Positions 18,407-27,718 are shown, counted from the stretch's first letter. The stretch is 64,000 bases of DNA from Lachnospiraceae bacterium (GCA_028696165.1 JAQVHQ010000011.1:1866-65865); one strand, 5' to 3'. The notes: a model not told the origin generated them from the letters alone. Numbers and translations are program-made.

Positions 18407-18497
18407 ATTTCTCACGGGTATTTCTCATGGGTATTTTTCATGTACATTTCTCATGCACATTTCTCGCACACATTTCTTGCACATGTTTCTCACGCAC
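18407..18497. repeat. 13-bp tandem repeat x7 (ATTTCTCAYGNRY)
   Basis: ATTTCTCACGGGT ATTTCTCATGGGT ATTTTTCATGTAC ATTTCTCATGCAC ATTTCTCGCACAC ATTTCTTGCACAT GTTTCTCACGCAC, abutting the HD gene stop codon. Confidence 0.9.
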
Positions 18498-18498
18498 A

Positions 18499-19251
18499 TT
18501 ATTTGTAAAAAAGTATGTTACGAATATTTTCCAGAATTTCTATGGTACTAGAATTATCTGATTTAAAACATGCCAATTTCCACATATACCCCTGTTCCAT
18601 TACCATCATCTGGCTTTCCGGATATACAAGTCCGAAAAATAAGGATAAGTGTCCTATCAAATGATCCACCGGTGTCTTCTTCAAACTTCTAAGAACCGTA
18701 TGCCCTTCCAAAAAAGCCTCATACACAGCTGGCGTTACAGATGCCTGTTTTAATTCCTCTGATGTCACATTATATATGTTCTCCATCCCCGTCTCATAAT
18801 TAGCCCGAAAGATATCTATCTTATCCGCATCGCGAATAACCTGAGCAAACAATTTTTCTCTGTTATTCAAATTTACAGGAATCTCATAGCGATTATGACA
18901 GCGTATCGCCATTTCCATCAATTCGTATTTAGAGGTATCCGGTTCAAACCATTCAATCAGGCCCTCTTTAAAAAGAAGATCCGCGCCAAATTCCGCATGG
19001 TCAATCGATTCTGAATCCATAAAAGTATCATATCTTTTCAGCTGTTCGAACCGTCCAATATCATGCAGCATCCCGATCTCCCAGTTTAACTCACAATCAT
19101 CCCCGGAAAGCTTCAGCGACCTTGCAATTCTAGCTGCATTTTCTGCAACTTTCTTTGTATGAATATATTTCAATTGTATCTTAGCATCAGACAAATCATA
19201 CGCCGCAGTATAACTATCAAATGCCTGTTCCACATGCCCTCTTGTATCCAT
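18499..19251 (-). CDS. HD domain-containing phosphohydrolase
   Basis: H..(LHDIGR)..DHAEFGA..RDADKID metal-binding pattern; start at MDTRGH (19251) preceded by GGAGGAAGA. Confidence 0.75.
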   Translation of the reverse strand: MDTRGHVEQAFDSYTAAYDLSDAKIQLKYIHTKKVAENAARIARSLKLSGDDCELNWEIGMLHDIGRFEQLKRYDTFMDSESIDHAEFGADLLFKEGLIEWFEPDTSKYELMEMAIRCHNRYEIPVNLNNREKLFAQVIRDADKIDIFRANYETGMENIYNVTSEELKQASVTPAVYEAFLEGHTVLRSLKKTPVDHLIGHLSLFFGLVYPESQMMVMEQGYMWKLACFKSDNSSTIEILENIRNILFYK

Positions 19252-19327
19252 TCTTCCTCCATCTTGACATAGGAGCAATCAACATAAACAATACGAACAG
19301 TCGAAATCTGCCTCGTTGCTTTTGCTA

Positions 19328-19432
19328 CTACTACTTTTATATCTACTACTTTTATATCTACTACTTTTACTCCTGTTGCTTTTACTCTTGTTGCTTTTAC
19401 TCTTGTTGCTTTTACTCTTGTTGCTTTTTCAC
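19328..19432. repeat. 15-bp tandem repeat x7 (CTACTACTTTTATAT drifting to TTGTTGCTTTTACTC)
   Basis: seven consecutive 15-mers read directly. Confidence 0.9.
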
Positions 19433-19689
19433 CATAACCACATTCATGATACAACAAGCTGCCCCACCTTTCAGCAAAAATACTCCTGTTCTCAATAAAA
19501 TTTTTATTACTTTTCATTAGACGTCTTAAGCACCTACATCATCAAACGAACCAAGTATATCATCCATAATAAAATTTTTCAACACCACCAACTCACCTCA
19601 GATAAGTTAGCGGTTTAACTGCATACTTCTTATAATTCACAACTCCGCTTTTTACCTTTCGCCTTATATCATACAGCTTAACTCTGCAC

Positions 19690-20760
19690 ATGAACTTCCC
19701 ATCCACCACTACGTATCATATTGGATATTTTTTCTTCTACATATGTACTTTTCTCTGGCCTTTACGTATCAAATTAGACAAACTTGCTTCTGTGCACGTA
19801 CTCCCCACCGGCTTTTACGTATCATATTAGACAAACTTGCTTCTGGATACGTACTCCCCGCCGACTTTTACGTATCATTTCGGCATTTCTTACTTCTGAA
19901 TACGTACTTGCATCCTGAATTTACGTGTCATTTCGGGCTTTTTTGCTTCTAGATACGTACCTGCAGCCTGAATTTACGTATCATTTCGGACTTTCTTGCT
20001 TCTGGATACGTACCTGCAGCCTGTATTTACGTGTCATTTCGGACTTTCTTGCTTCTGGATACGTACCTGCAGCCTGTATTTACGTGTCATTTCGGACTTT
20101 CTTGCTTCTGGATACGTACCTGCAGCCTGTATTCACGTGTCATTTCGGACTTTTTTGCTTCTGGATACGTACCTGCATCCTGAATTTACGTATCATTTCG
20201 GACTTTCTTGCTTCTGGATACGTACCTGCAGCCTGAATTTACGTGTCATTTCGGACTTTCTTGCTTCTGGATACGTACCTGCAGCCTGTATTTACGTGTC
20301 ATTTCGGACTTTCTTGCTTCTGGATACGTACCTGCAGCCTGTATTCACGTGTCATTTCGGACTTTTTTGCTTCTGGATACGTACCTGCAGCCTGTATTTA
20401 CGTGTCATTTCGGACTTTCTTGCTTCTGGATACGTACCCGCACCCTGAATTTACGTGTCATTTCGGACTTTCTTGCTTCTGGATACGTACCTGCAGCCTG
20501 TATTCACGTGTCATTTCGGACTTTTTTGCTTCTGGATACGTACCTGCAGCCTGAATTTACGTATCATTTCTATATTTTTTGCTTCTGGATACGTACTCCC
20601 ATCCTGTTTATACGTATCATTTCGACATTTTTCATTTCTGGATACGTACTCCCATCCTGTTTATACGTATCATTTCGACATTTTTCATTTCTGGATACGT
20701 ACCTGCATCCTGAATTTACGTATCATTTCGGACTTTCTTGCTTTTGGATACGTACTCCCA
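19690..20760. repeat. 53-bp satellite, about 20 units, 18 well-phased units from 19796 to 20749
   Basis: unit ACGTACCTGCAGCCTG[T/A]ATT[T/C]ACGT[G/A]TCATTTCGGACTTT[C/T]TTGCTTCTGGAT; degenerate units at both edges. Confidence 0.97.
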
Positions 20761-20937
20761 TTCAATATTCACCTATCAAACAGCCAACTTCCTTATATGT
20801 ACATGCAAGAACAATCTTTTTTCATAGCAATAGCTATACAAACCTTCCAATTCCCACATTCACCCACAAACTCAGCTTTTAACCATCCTACATCCACAGG
20901 CCCCGTGCCCACGGCACGCGATTTTCCACCACAACCT

Positions 20938-21140
20938 AATCCCCTCGCACAACACAAATCCCCCTCTCAACACAATCCTCTTCACAACACAAATCCCCCT
21001 TCACACCGCAATCCCCTTCACACCGCAATCCCCTTCACACCGCAATCCCCTTCACACCGCAATCCCCTTCACACCGCAATCCCCTTCACAACACAATCCC
21101 CTTCACACCGCAATCCCCTTCACAACATATATCCCTCCCC
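20938..21140. repeat. 18-bp C-rich tandem repeat, about 10 units (CACACCGCAATCCCCTTC)
   Basis: five perfect units 21002-21091 flanked by degenerate ones; GGGG every 18 nt on the minus strand. Confidence 0.9.
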
Positions 21141-21169
21141 ACCACCACAGCCAACACCGTCCATCCCAT

Positions 21170-21460
21170 CCGTAAGACTTTACAGCCGGCCAAAAGGATG
21201 GGGAAACTGCTGCTTTTCCCGGTCATAAAATGCGCTGATGAACTTCTTAGGGCGAAAGAGCCGACTACACAGGAATGAAAGGTGTTTACCAAAACACCTT
21301 TCAAAGGCACCCTGAAGGTTGTATGCATCAGCATACAGCCTGAATGTGCCTGGCTTCCTGCGTAGTCGGCTCTTTCACCCTTAGAAGTTCACAGCAAATG
21401 TTCCTGACCGGAAAAAGCAGCAGCTTCCCCATCCTTTTGGCCGGCTGTAAAGTCTTACGG
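21170..21460. ncRNA. unclassified ornate structured element, family copy 2 of 3
   Basis: 35+21-bp outer helix, GCTG/CAGC, 35-bp P2 with T.T and C.A mismatches, hairpin loop TTACCAAA, invariant GTATGCATCAGCATAC at 21321-21336. Confidence 0.55.
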
Positions 21461-21490
21461 ATGAACACACCCCACCTAACCTTCAACCCA

Positions 21491-22042
21491 CTACTTTCTC
21501 AAATAAGCCTCGCGCCCCTCTTCATAAAGATTCCTACCCTCGCAGTCAATAATAACCACCAAAGGCATATCCTCCACATAAAGCTTCCGCAAAGCCTCCG
21601 CACCCAAATCCTCATAAGCAATCAACTCACACTTCTTAATGCACTTTGCCAACAAAGCTCCCGCTCCGCCAATTGCACCAAAATAAACACCACTATACTT
21701 CTTCATGGCATCCACCACTTCCGGCAATCTTGCTCCTTTTCCAATCATTCCTCGGGCACCAACAGACATCATCGTCGGTGCATAAGCATCCATACGCCCG
21801 CTGGTAGTAGGTCCAGCTGATCCAATCACCTGACCCGGTTTTGCAGGTGTCGGTCCCACATAATAAATCGTAGCATCCGCAGGATCAAAAGGAAGCTTCT
21901 CCCCTCTCTCCAATGCCTCACACATCCTCTTGTGCCCTGCATCTCGAGAAGTATAAATAGTCCCTGTCAGATAAACACTATCCCCTGCATGCAGTGTCTT
22001 TGCCAACTCTTCCGTCAATGGAAGCTGTATATGTCTCTCCAT
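21491..22042 (-). CDS. class-I (Fe-S) fumarate hydratase / L(+)-tartrate dehydratase family, beta subunit
   Basis: 183-aa ORF, GTIYTSRDAGHKR, GPTTSGRMD, GKG motifs of FumA C-terminal domain proteins. Confidence 0.85.
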   Translation of the reverse strand: MERHIQLPLTEELAKTLHAGDSVYLTGTIYTSRDAGHKRMCEALERGEKLPFDPADATIYYVGPTPAKPGQVIGSAGPTTSGRMDAYAPTMMSVGARGMIGKGARLPEVVDAMKKYSGVYFGAIGGAGALLAKCIKKCELIAYEDLGAEALRKLYVEDMPLVVIIDCEGRNLYEEGREAYLRK

Positions 22043-22885
22043 TTAAATCACCTCCGTCTTATGTCTTGTAACATGACAATTAATATTAATCGCACATGGC
22101 ATACCCGCAATATGGGTCGGCAATGTTTCAATATTTAACCCAATCGCAGTAGTTTTTCCCCCAAATCCCTGCGGTCCGATACCAAGTTCATTAATTTTCT
22201 CAAGCATCTCTGTCTCTAAATCTGCATAATAAGGATCTTCATTAGAAGAATCAATCGGACGCATCAAAGCTTTCTTAGCCAGCAATGCAGCCTTATCAAA
22301 TGTTCCTCCAATACCAACTCCCACCATCATAGGCGGACACGGATTAGGTCCGGCTGTTTCCACTGTCTCAATGATAAAATCTTTAATTCCCTGAAGTCCT
22401 GCAGAAGGTTTGAACATACGGATTGCACTCATGTTCTCACTTCCAAAGCCTTTCGGTCCCAATGTAATCTTTATCTGTTCACCTGGCACAATTTCTGTGT
22501 AAACCATAGCTGGTGTATTATCCCCAGTATTCCCCCGGCGAACCGGATCTTTTACCACTGATTTTCTCAAATATCCTTCTTCGTATCCTTTACGCACACC
22601 TGCATTGATAGCCTCAGTCAAATCACCGCCTGCGATATGCACATCCTGTCCAATCTCTAAGAAAACGCATGCCATACCTGTATCCTGGCAAATCGGTACA
22701 CACTGCTCATCAGCAATTTCAAAATTCTCAATGATTTTATCCAGAACACCTTTCGCGATTTCTCCATCTTCACAGTCTCTGCATTTTTTTATCGCACATT
22801 TCACATCCTCCGGCAAATGTTCGTTTGCCTCGATACAAAGTCTTGCTACAACTTCAGTAATCTGACTTGCTTGAATTTCTCGCAT
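22043..22885 (-). CDS. class-I (Fe-S) fumarate hydratase family, alpha subunit
   Basis: [27 protein letters not shown] motifs; start at MREIQ (22885) with GGAGG RBS; abuts the beta subunit gene. Confidence 0.85.
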   Translation of the reverse strand: MREIQASQITEVVARLCIEANEHLPEDVKCAIKKCRDCEDGEIAKGVLDKIIENFEIADEQCVPICQDTGMACVFLEIGQDVHIAGGDLTEAINAGVRKGYEEGYLRKSVVKDPVRRGNTGDNTPAMVYTEIVPGEQIKITLGPKGFGSENMSAIRMFKPSAGLQGIKDFIIETVETAGPNPCPPMMVGVGIGGTFDKAALLAKKALMRPIDSSNEDPYYADLETEMLEKINELGIGPQGFGGKTTAIGLNIETLPTHIAGMPCAININCHVTRHKTEVI

Positions 22886-23060
22886 AGTAACCTCCATATA
22901 GTTCACATTTTATTTGCATATATTCCTAAATTTGAAATATGACTTTAACATTTAAAACACATCTTTATCGTATTCACCACAAGTTATCTGCGCACCTTTA
23001 CCTTACACAAGCATTCTGGTATAAGTAAACACTTCTGTACATTTACCGCAAGATGACACA

Positions 23061-24875
23061 TTAATCGAATTTTATCTGCCGACATCGATTTAAACAGGCC
23101 ATCATCTCCTGTTTTCGCGGCCAGGCCAGATTTGCTGTCTGACGATTTTCATCAGCTAACACAGACAGACCTTCTGTCTCCATTTTACTCTGAATTTCTT
23201 CCACAACCTCTTGCAGCGTTCCAGTTGGATGTTTCTTTATCATCCACATCAGAAGATAGCCTAATGCAGACACCTGTTCTGAATCCACCAATTGTTCTAC
23301 ATAGCGAAGGTCAGTAACCTCATGCTGAATCATTACTCCATCCAGCCCCATCGTCTTCATCTTCACACGGGAATCTCTGTCTGAACCTCTTGATGAACCT
23401 CTGACAGACCCTCTTGATGCATCCATATACCTTGGTTTTCCCGTAAACTTCGGCATAACAAACTCCTGCTCTGATGTTGCGCACAAAATATCAGAAGCAT
23501 AGGCCGCAGCCTTCTCCTTCGCAAATTCTGTAATATCCTTCGGCTTATAAGATTCCATTTGTATAATCTTATCTGCCTTATAAAAATATGCGCCGGAACT
23601 TCCTGCGACCAGAACAGTCGAAATCCCACACTTCTTAGATAAATCTTCAATGCGGTCTAAAAACGGAGTAATTGGTTCCGCCTCCTGACAAACCACCTGC
23701 TGCATCAATCCATCCCGAATCATAAAGTTTGTAGCACTGGTATCTTCATCCATCAACAGTGTCTTTGCTCCCGCTTCCATGGCTTCCACAACATTCGCAG
23801 CCTGTGATGTACTTCCACTGGCATCTTCGCTCACAAATTCTACTGTATTTTTTCCATTCGGCAGATGTGAAATAAACAGTGAAATATCATCCTTATGTAT
23901 ACATCGTCCATCCTCTGCGCGAATCTTGACAGCCGTATCATCCGTAACTATATACTCACGCCCATCGCCTGGAATATGCGTATATACGCCTAATTCCAAA
24001 GCTTCCAGAAGTGTGGATTTTCCGTGATACCCGCCACCCACAATTAATGTAATTCCCTGTGGAATTCCCATTCCGCATATCGTTCCACGATTTGGAAGAT
24101 CTAGTTCTATTTCCATAGACTTAGGACTCTCAAATAAAACAGCCTCCTTCATGGGGCGGGATGAAACACCCGTTTCTCTAGGTAATATTGAACCATTTGC
24201 CACAAAAGCAGTAAGTTTTTTCTTCTTTAATTCCTGACGAATGGTATATACATCTACAGTAACACCAATCCATGATTTAAGTTTTGGTTGATTTACATTC
24301 TTATATAAAAGTGCCTGTTCCACACATTTAGGAAGATAGTCATAAAAAATCTTTTGTAATTCTTTAGAATCTATTGTACGGCCTCTTGCAGGGAATCCCA
24401 CTTCCATCTGCATCCGTACCGTTCCATCTTTTGCAGATACCTGGCAGGCTGTCCGTTCTAATATCTCCTGTCCGCAATGGCTTATCTGCATGGCTCCGCT
24501 TTTTCCGGAACCCTTTGCCTTACGCTGAAACTTTCCAATCTCCTGAGCAAAAGCCCGCAGGATAAAATCTTGAAGTGCCACACGTTTTTGTTTACTTAAA
24601 AGCACACCATTCTTTTCTTCATCGTATGTCTGACCGCTTAAACCATCCTTGTTCTGACTCTGAACAACCCGATAATAATCTTCCGGGAAACCCGCTCTAG
24701 TACCATTAACAGTCACACTAACCTTTGATGGTGCGGCAAACGGGTCACCCTGTACGTGATCTATGTTCAGGATAAACATGCCAAAATCATAACTACCACG
24801 CGTATCTTTATATGCCGGATAACTCTTACGGTCTATCCTGTCTAATAAATTTCTTAAATCTTCCTTCGATTTCAT
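23061..24875 (-). CDS. ABC-ATPase domain-containing protein (COG3044-type predicted ATPase of the ABC class)
   Basis: 604-aa ORF; N-terminal LLDRIDRKSYPAYKDTRGSYDF...IDHVQGDPFAAPS and Walker A GGGYHGKST. Confidence 0.65.
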   Translation of the reverse strand: MKSKEDLRNLLDRIDRKSYPAYKDTRGSYDFGMFILNIDHVQGDPFAAPSKVSVTVNGTRAGFPEDYYRVVQSQNKDGLSGQTYDEEKNGVLLSKQKRVALQDFILRAFAQEIGKFQRKAKGSGKSGAMQISHCGQEILERTACQVSAKDGTVRMQMEVGFPARGRTIDSKELQKIFYDYLPKCVEQALLYKNVNQPKLKSWIGVTVDVYTIRQELKKKKLTAFVANGSILPRETGVSSRPMKEAVLFESPKSMEIELDLPNRGTICGMGIPQGITLIVGGGYHGKSTLLEALELGVYTHIPGDGREYIVTDDTAVKIRAEDGRCIHKDDISLFISHLPNGKNTVEFVSEDASGSTSQAANVVEAMEAGAKTLLMDEDTSATNFMIRDGLMQQVVCQEAEPITPFLDRIEDLSKKCGISTVLVAGSSGAYFYKADKIIQMESYKPKDITEFAKEKAAAYASDILCATSEQEFVMPKFTGKPRYMDASRGSVRGSSRGSDRDSRVKMKTMGLDGVMIQHEVTDLRYVEQLVDSEQVSALGYLLMWMIKKHPTGTLQEVVEEIQSKMETEGLSVLADENRQTANLAWPRKQEMMACLNRCRQIKFD

Positions 24876-25026
24876 TGCTCATACACCTTCATTTCTTTTT
24901 GTTTAGTAAATGTTCGTGATTATCGTTCTTTTTTATTTTCAACCCTTATCAATTTCAACCTCATACTATTTCAGTCTATACCGATTGCAGCCATATATCA
25001 ATTCTCTGTCTATATTAGCTTCAAAT

Positions 25027-25884
25027 CTATTTTCTTTCAAGGTAGCTTTTCAGCTGGTCACATACCTCTTCATACTCCGTAAACAATAATGTCTGAAAGC
25101 CAAATTTCTTTGCTGCATCAAGATTGTCCTGTAAATCATCCATATAAAGTGCATGCTCCGGTTCTATTCCATACTCCTTTATCAATGTCTGATAAATATA
25201 CGGTTCCGGCTTAATCTGCTGCCACTGATAGGACCAGATACATCCGTCCATCAGTTTTATAAAATTCATGCTATCCTTTGTCTTCTCAAAAGTACTTCTT
25301 GCATAATTCGATAATATGTAGGTCTTATATCCTCTCTTTTTCAAAGAGTCAATCCAGCCATATGCATAGTCCCTCACCCGTATTGTCTTCTCTAACTGAT
25401 GAAATACCTGTGTGATTTCTTCTCGTCTTGAAGGATTATTCTTTACAAAGCTTTCTAAAAGTTCTTCATCTGTTAATATTCCCCTGTCCATCTCGTTCCA
25501 CTGTGGACTTAAGAACATTGCTTTCGCTACATCCCGAATAGTATCCTCATCATACTTTAATTCATCTCTAAGCAGGGTATCCCACTCAAAATCAACCAGC
25601 ACTCTACCCACATCAAATATCAAACATTTAATTTCGGGCATCTCGTTCATATTTCTCTGAATGGTCTCCTTCATCTCATCAACTTCTTTATTCTTCTTTA
25701 TGTAATTCGCCACCATAGTAAGTGCATATAGAAATACCGGCACAGCTATTGTACAAAACAGCGATGCCATAAACCATTGGGATGCATTTGGCTTATTGCT
25801 CATGGCAAAAAACAATGTAGACCCATACATAATAAGCAGCAGTGCTACTCCAACCAGTGCCAAAACCTGTTTTACTTTCTTCAT
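25027..25884 (-). CDS. HAD-IA family hydrolase with two N-terminal TM helices
   Basis: LIFDVGRVLVDF (DxG motif I variant), ILSNY, MDDLQDNLDAAKKFG. Confidence 0.65.
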   Translation of the reverse strand: MKKVKQVLALVGVALLLIMYGSTLFFAMSNKPNASQWFMASLFCTIAVPVFLYALTMVANYIKKNKEVDEMKETIQRNMNEMPEIKCLIFDVGRVLVDFEWDTLLRDELKYDEDTIRDVAKAMFLSPQWNEMDRGILTDEELLESFVKNNPSRREEITQVFHQLEKTIRVRDYAYGWIDSLKKRGYKTYILSNYARSTFEKTKDSMNFIKLMDGCIWSYQWQQIKPEPYIYQTLIKEYGIEPEHALYMDDLQDNLDAAKKFGFQTLLFTEYEEVCDQLKSYLERK

Positions 25885-26369
25885 CTAGGTAATTCTCCTT
25901 TTTCTTCTGCTTTCGCTATTTCTTCCACTATATCTTTCGGCAGCTGTGTCTTTTGGGCTGTATCGGATATACTCATACCCTGTTTTAGAAATCTTCTTGC
26001 CACATAAGACAGGGACTCGCCCACTTCTATGACATGGTTATCCGGGTCATAAATCCGCACAACTCTCTGGCCCCAGTCATGTTCCATCAGCTTATTTACG
26101 TAGCTGATATTCCAGGTGCTTTTATCTAATCGTTCGAGAAAAGTATCCATATCATTTTCCTCAAAATAAAGTTCGGCATCATGGTTTCCATATTGAATCG
26201 TCTGTTTTATAAATGTTTCCCACACATTCTGCTCCTGAAGCACCAAGCCTTCGGTTAATATCACATTTTCGCCGAAATCCGTAACTATATCCAACCCAAA
26301 TAATTCTTTGTAAAACCGTTTGGATATCTGAATGTCTTTCACAACAATAAGAATATTTTTTAACTTCAT
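25881..26369 (-). CDS. VOC/glyoxalase family protein
   Basis: MKLKNILIVVKDIQISKRFYKELFGL typical VOC start; GGAGG RBS before ATG 26369; 4-nt overlap with the downstream gene. Confidence 0.6.
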   Translation of the reverse strand: MKLKNILIVVKDIQISKRFYKELFGLDIVTDFGENVILTEGLVLQEQNVWETFIKQTIQYGNHDAELYFEENDMDTFLERLDKSTWNISYVNKLMEHDWGQRVVRIYDPDNHVIEVGESLSYVARRFLKQGMSISDTAQKTQLPKDIVEEIAKAEEKGELPR

Positions 26370-26497
26370 ACTCAATTTTCCTCCCCACATATGTGAATTG
26401 TATATGTGAATTGTATTGATATGCAAATTACATTATCACGATAAGTGAATACAGGCAACATTGTTCACAGCTTGCTCATATTCAGGATTTCACGCTT

Positions 26498-27205
26498 TTA
26501 CTTTTGAAAATTGTTTTCTAAAATCAATTGGCTTAATTGGGTGAACTCAGCTGCGGACGGAATATCATGAGATTTTTTCTCATATTTTGCATATTTTTCA
26601 AATAACACACCATGCATTCCGCACTCCCGGGCACCTGCTACATCTTTGTCTGGATGATCGCCAACAAATATGCATTCACTTGGCAAACAGCCTGCTTTTT
26701 CCAGACAAATTTCAAAGAAATGTAAATCCGGCTTTTCTACCCCGGTCTCTTCACTGGTCACCAGGTAGTCAATATATGGAAATAATTCTAGACATTCAAT
26801 TTTCTTATACTGCACTTCCGCAGTCATATTCGTACCTATTCCAATGGAAAATCCCGCTTCCTTAAGTCCCTGCAGAAATTCGGTAACCTCCTGCATTGGC
26901 TTCATATTTTCATAGAAGAAATCCCAATACATATCGAACATCACTCTGGCATGAGGGTATATGGGCTGTTCTAACAATTCAAGCATAGTTTGATAACGAA
27001 TCAACCGGTTATGAAGAGCTGCCTCCTCATGGTTAATTCTCCTACGTATTAGTTGCTGCGCACGCCGAAAGCAAGTGTAGAATTCGTCCGCTGATATATC
27101 AAAGCTATTTTCACAGTATTTCTGTAGTATATCTAATCCTGCATGATCTAAAGTATCATAGTCATATAGGGTATTGTCCAAATCAAAATATATGGTTTTA
27201 ATCAT
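26498..27205 (-). CDS. HAD-IA family hydrolase
   Basis: MIKTIYFDLDNTLYDY, GIGTNM, FVGDHPDKDVAGA. Confidence 0.75.
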   Translation of the reverse strand: MIKTIYFDLDNTLYDYDTLDHAGLDILQKYCENSFDISADEFYTCFRRAQQLIRRRINHEEAALHNRLIRYQTMLELLEQPIYPHARVMFDMYWDFFYENMKPMQEVTEFLQGLKEAGFSIGIGTNMTAEVQYKKIECLELFPYIDYLVTSEETGVEKPDLHFFEICLEKAGCLPSECIFVGDHPDKDVAGARECGMHGVLFEKYAKYEKKSHDIPSAAEFTQLSQLILENNFQK

Positions 27206-27581
27206 GTGTGTTCCTTCCAACATTTCTCCGCGAATGCAGTTTTCTGCTTATATTGTTCTTTGCACGTGTATTATTTTAACATATATTCAAGCTATTTTAA
27301 ATGATGTTTCTACTTCTATTTGCTTTGTTCCAATAAATTTACACTTACCTAGAACAAATAGTCTCATTTTATCGCTTTTGACCAAGAGGCGGGGCATATA
27401 GAAGCGAAAATGAAACAGTGCCCAATTAGTGGCAATATAGAGAATAACTTCGTGTGGACGGGGCATATACAGTACAAATAACTTCAGCTGCCCCTTTCTG
27501 AGGTCTATAGTGTACCCAATACAGTGGACACGGTAAAATCGGTTTTATTCCCATTATTCTCCATATACGTTTCTTAATCCT

Positions 27582-27636
27582 AAAAAATGCCACAGTAGAT
27601 TGCTTCTCCGAAAAGAAGTATCACTACTGCGGCATT
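27582..27636 (-). terminator. intrinsic terminator after GH13 gene 1
   Basis: minus sense ATGCCGCAGTAG...CTACTGTGGCAT followed by TTTTTT. Confidence 0.75.
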
Positions 27637-27718
27637 TATCTTATTATGTTTACATAATTTACATACACTTCACAACCAGTTTGACTCATCTTGTCCTTAA
27701 CTGCATTTTATATTTCTT

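Noticed and set aside
19170-19517. 115-aa minus-strand ORF with KATRV/KVVDI repeats overlapping the HD gene start
   Set aside because: The repeat peptides derive from the 15-bp array. The ORF overlaps the HD gene's RBS and start in another frame. There is no independent translation signal.
19690-20760. CRISPR array
   Set aside because: The whole 53-bp unit repeats, with no unique spacers. Variation is by point substitution only. No cas genes and no leader are present in the window.
19743-21228. Stack of overlapping + strand ORFs (69-257 aa) through the 53-bp satellite and the 18-bp array
   Set aside because: 53 is not a multiple of 3, so one ORF cycles through all three frames. All three + frames are open merely because the unit lacks stop codons. 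There is no RBS, and the proteins are low-complexity mirror images of the repeat.
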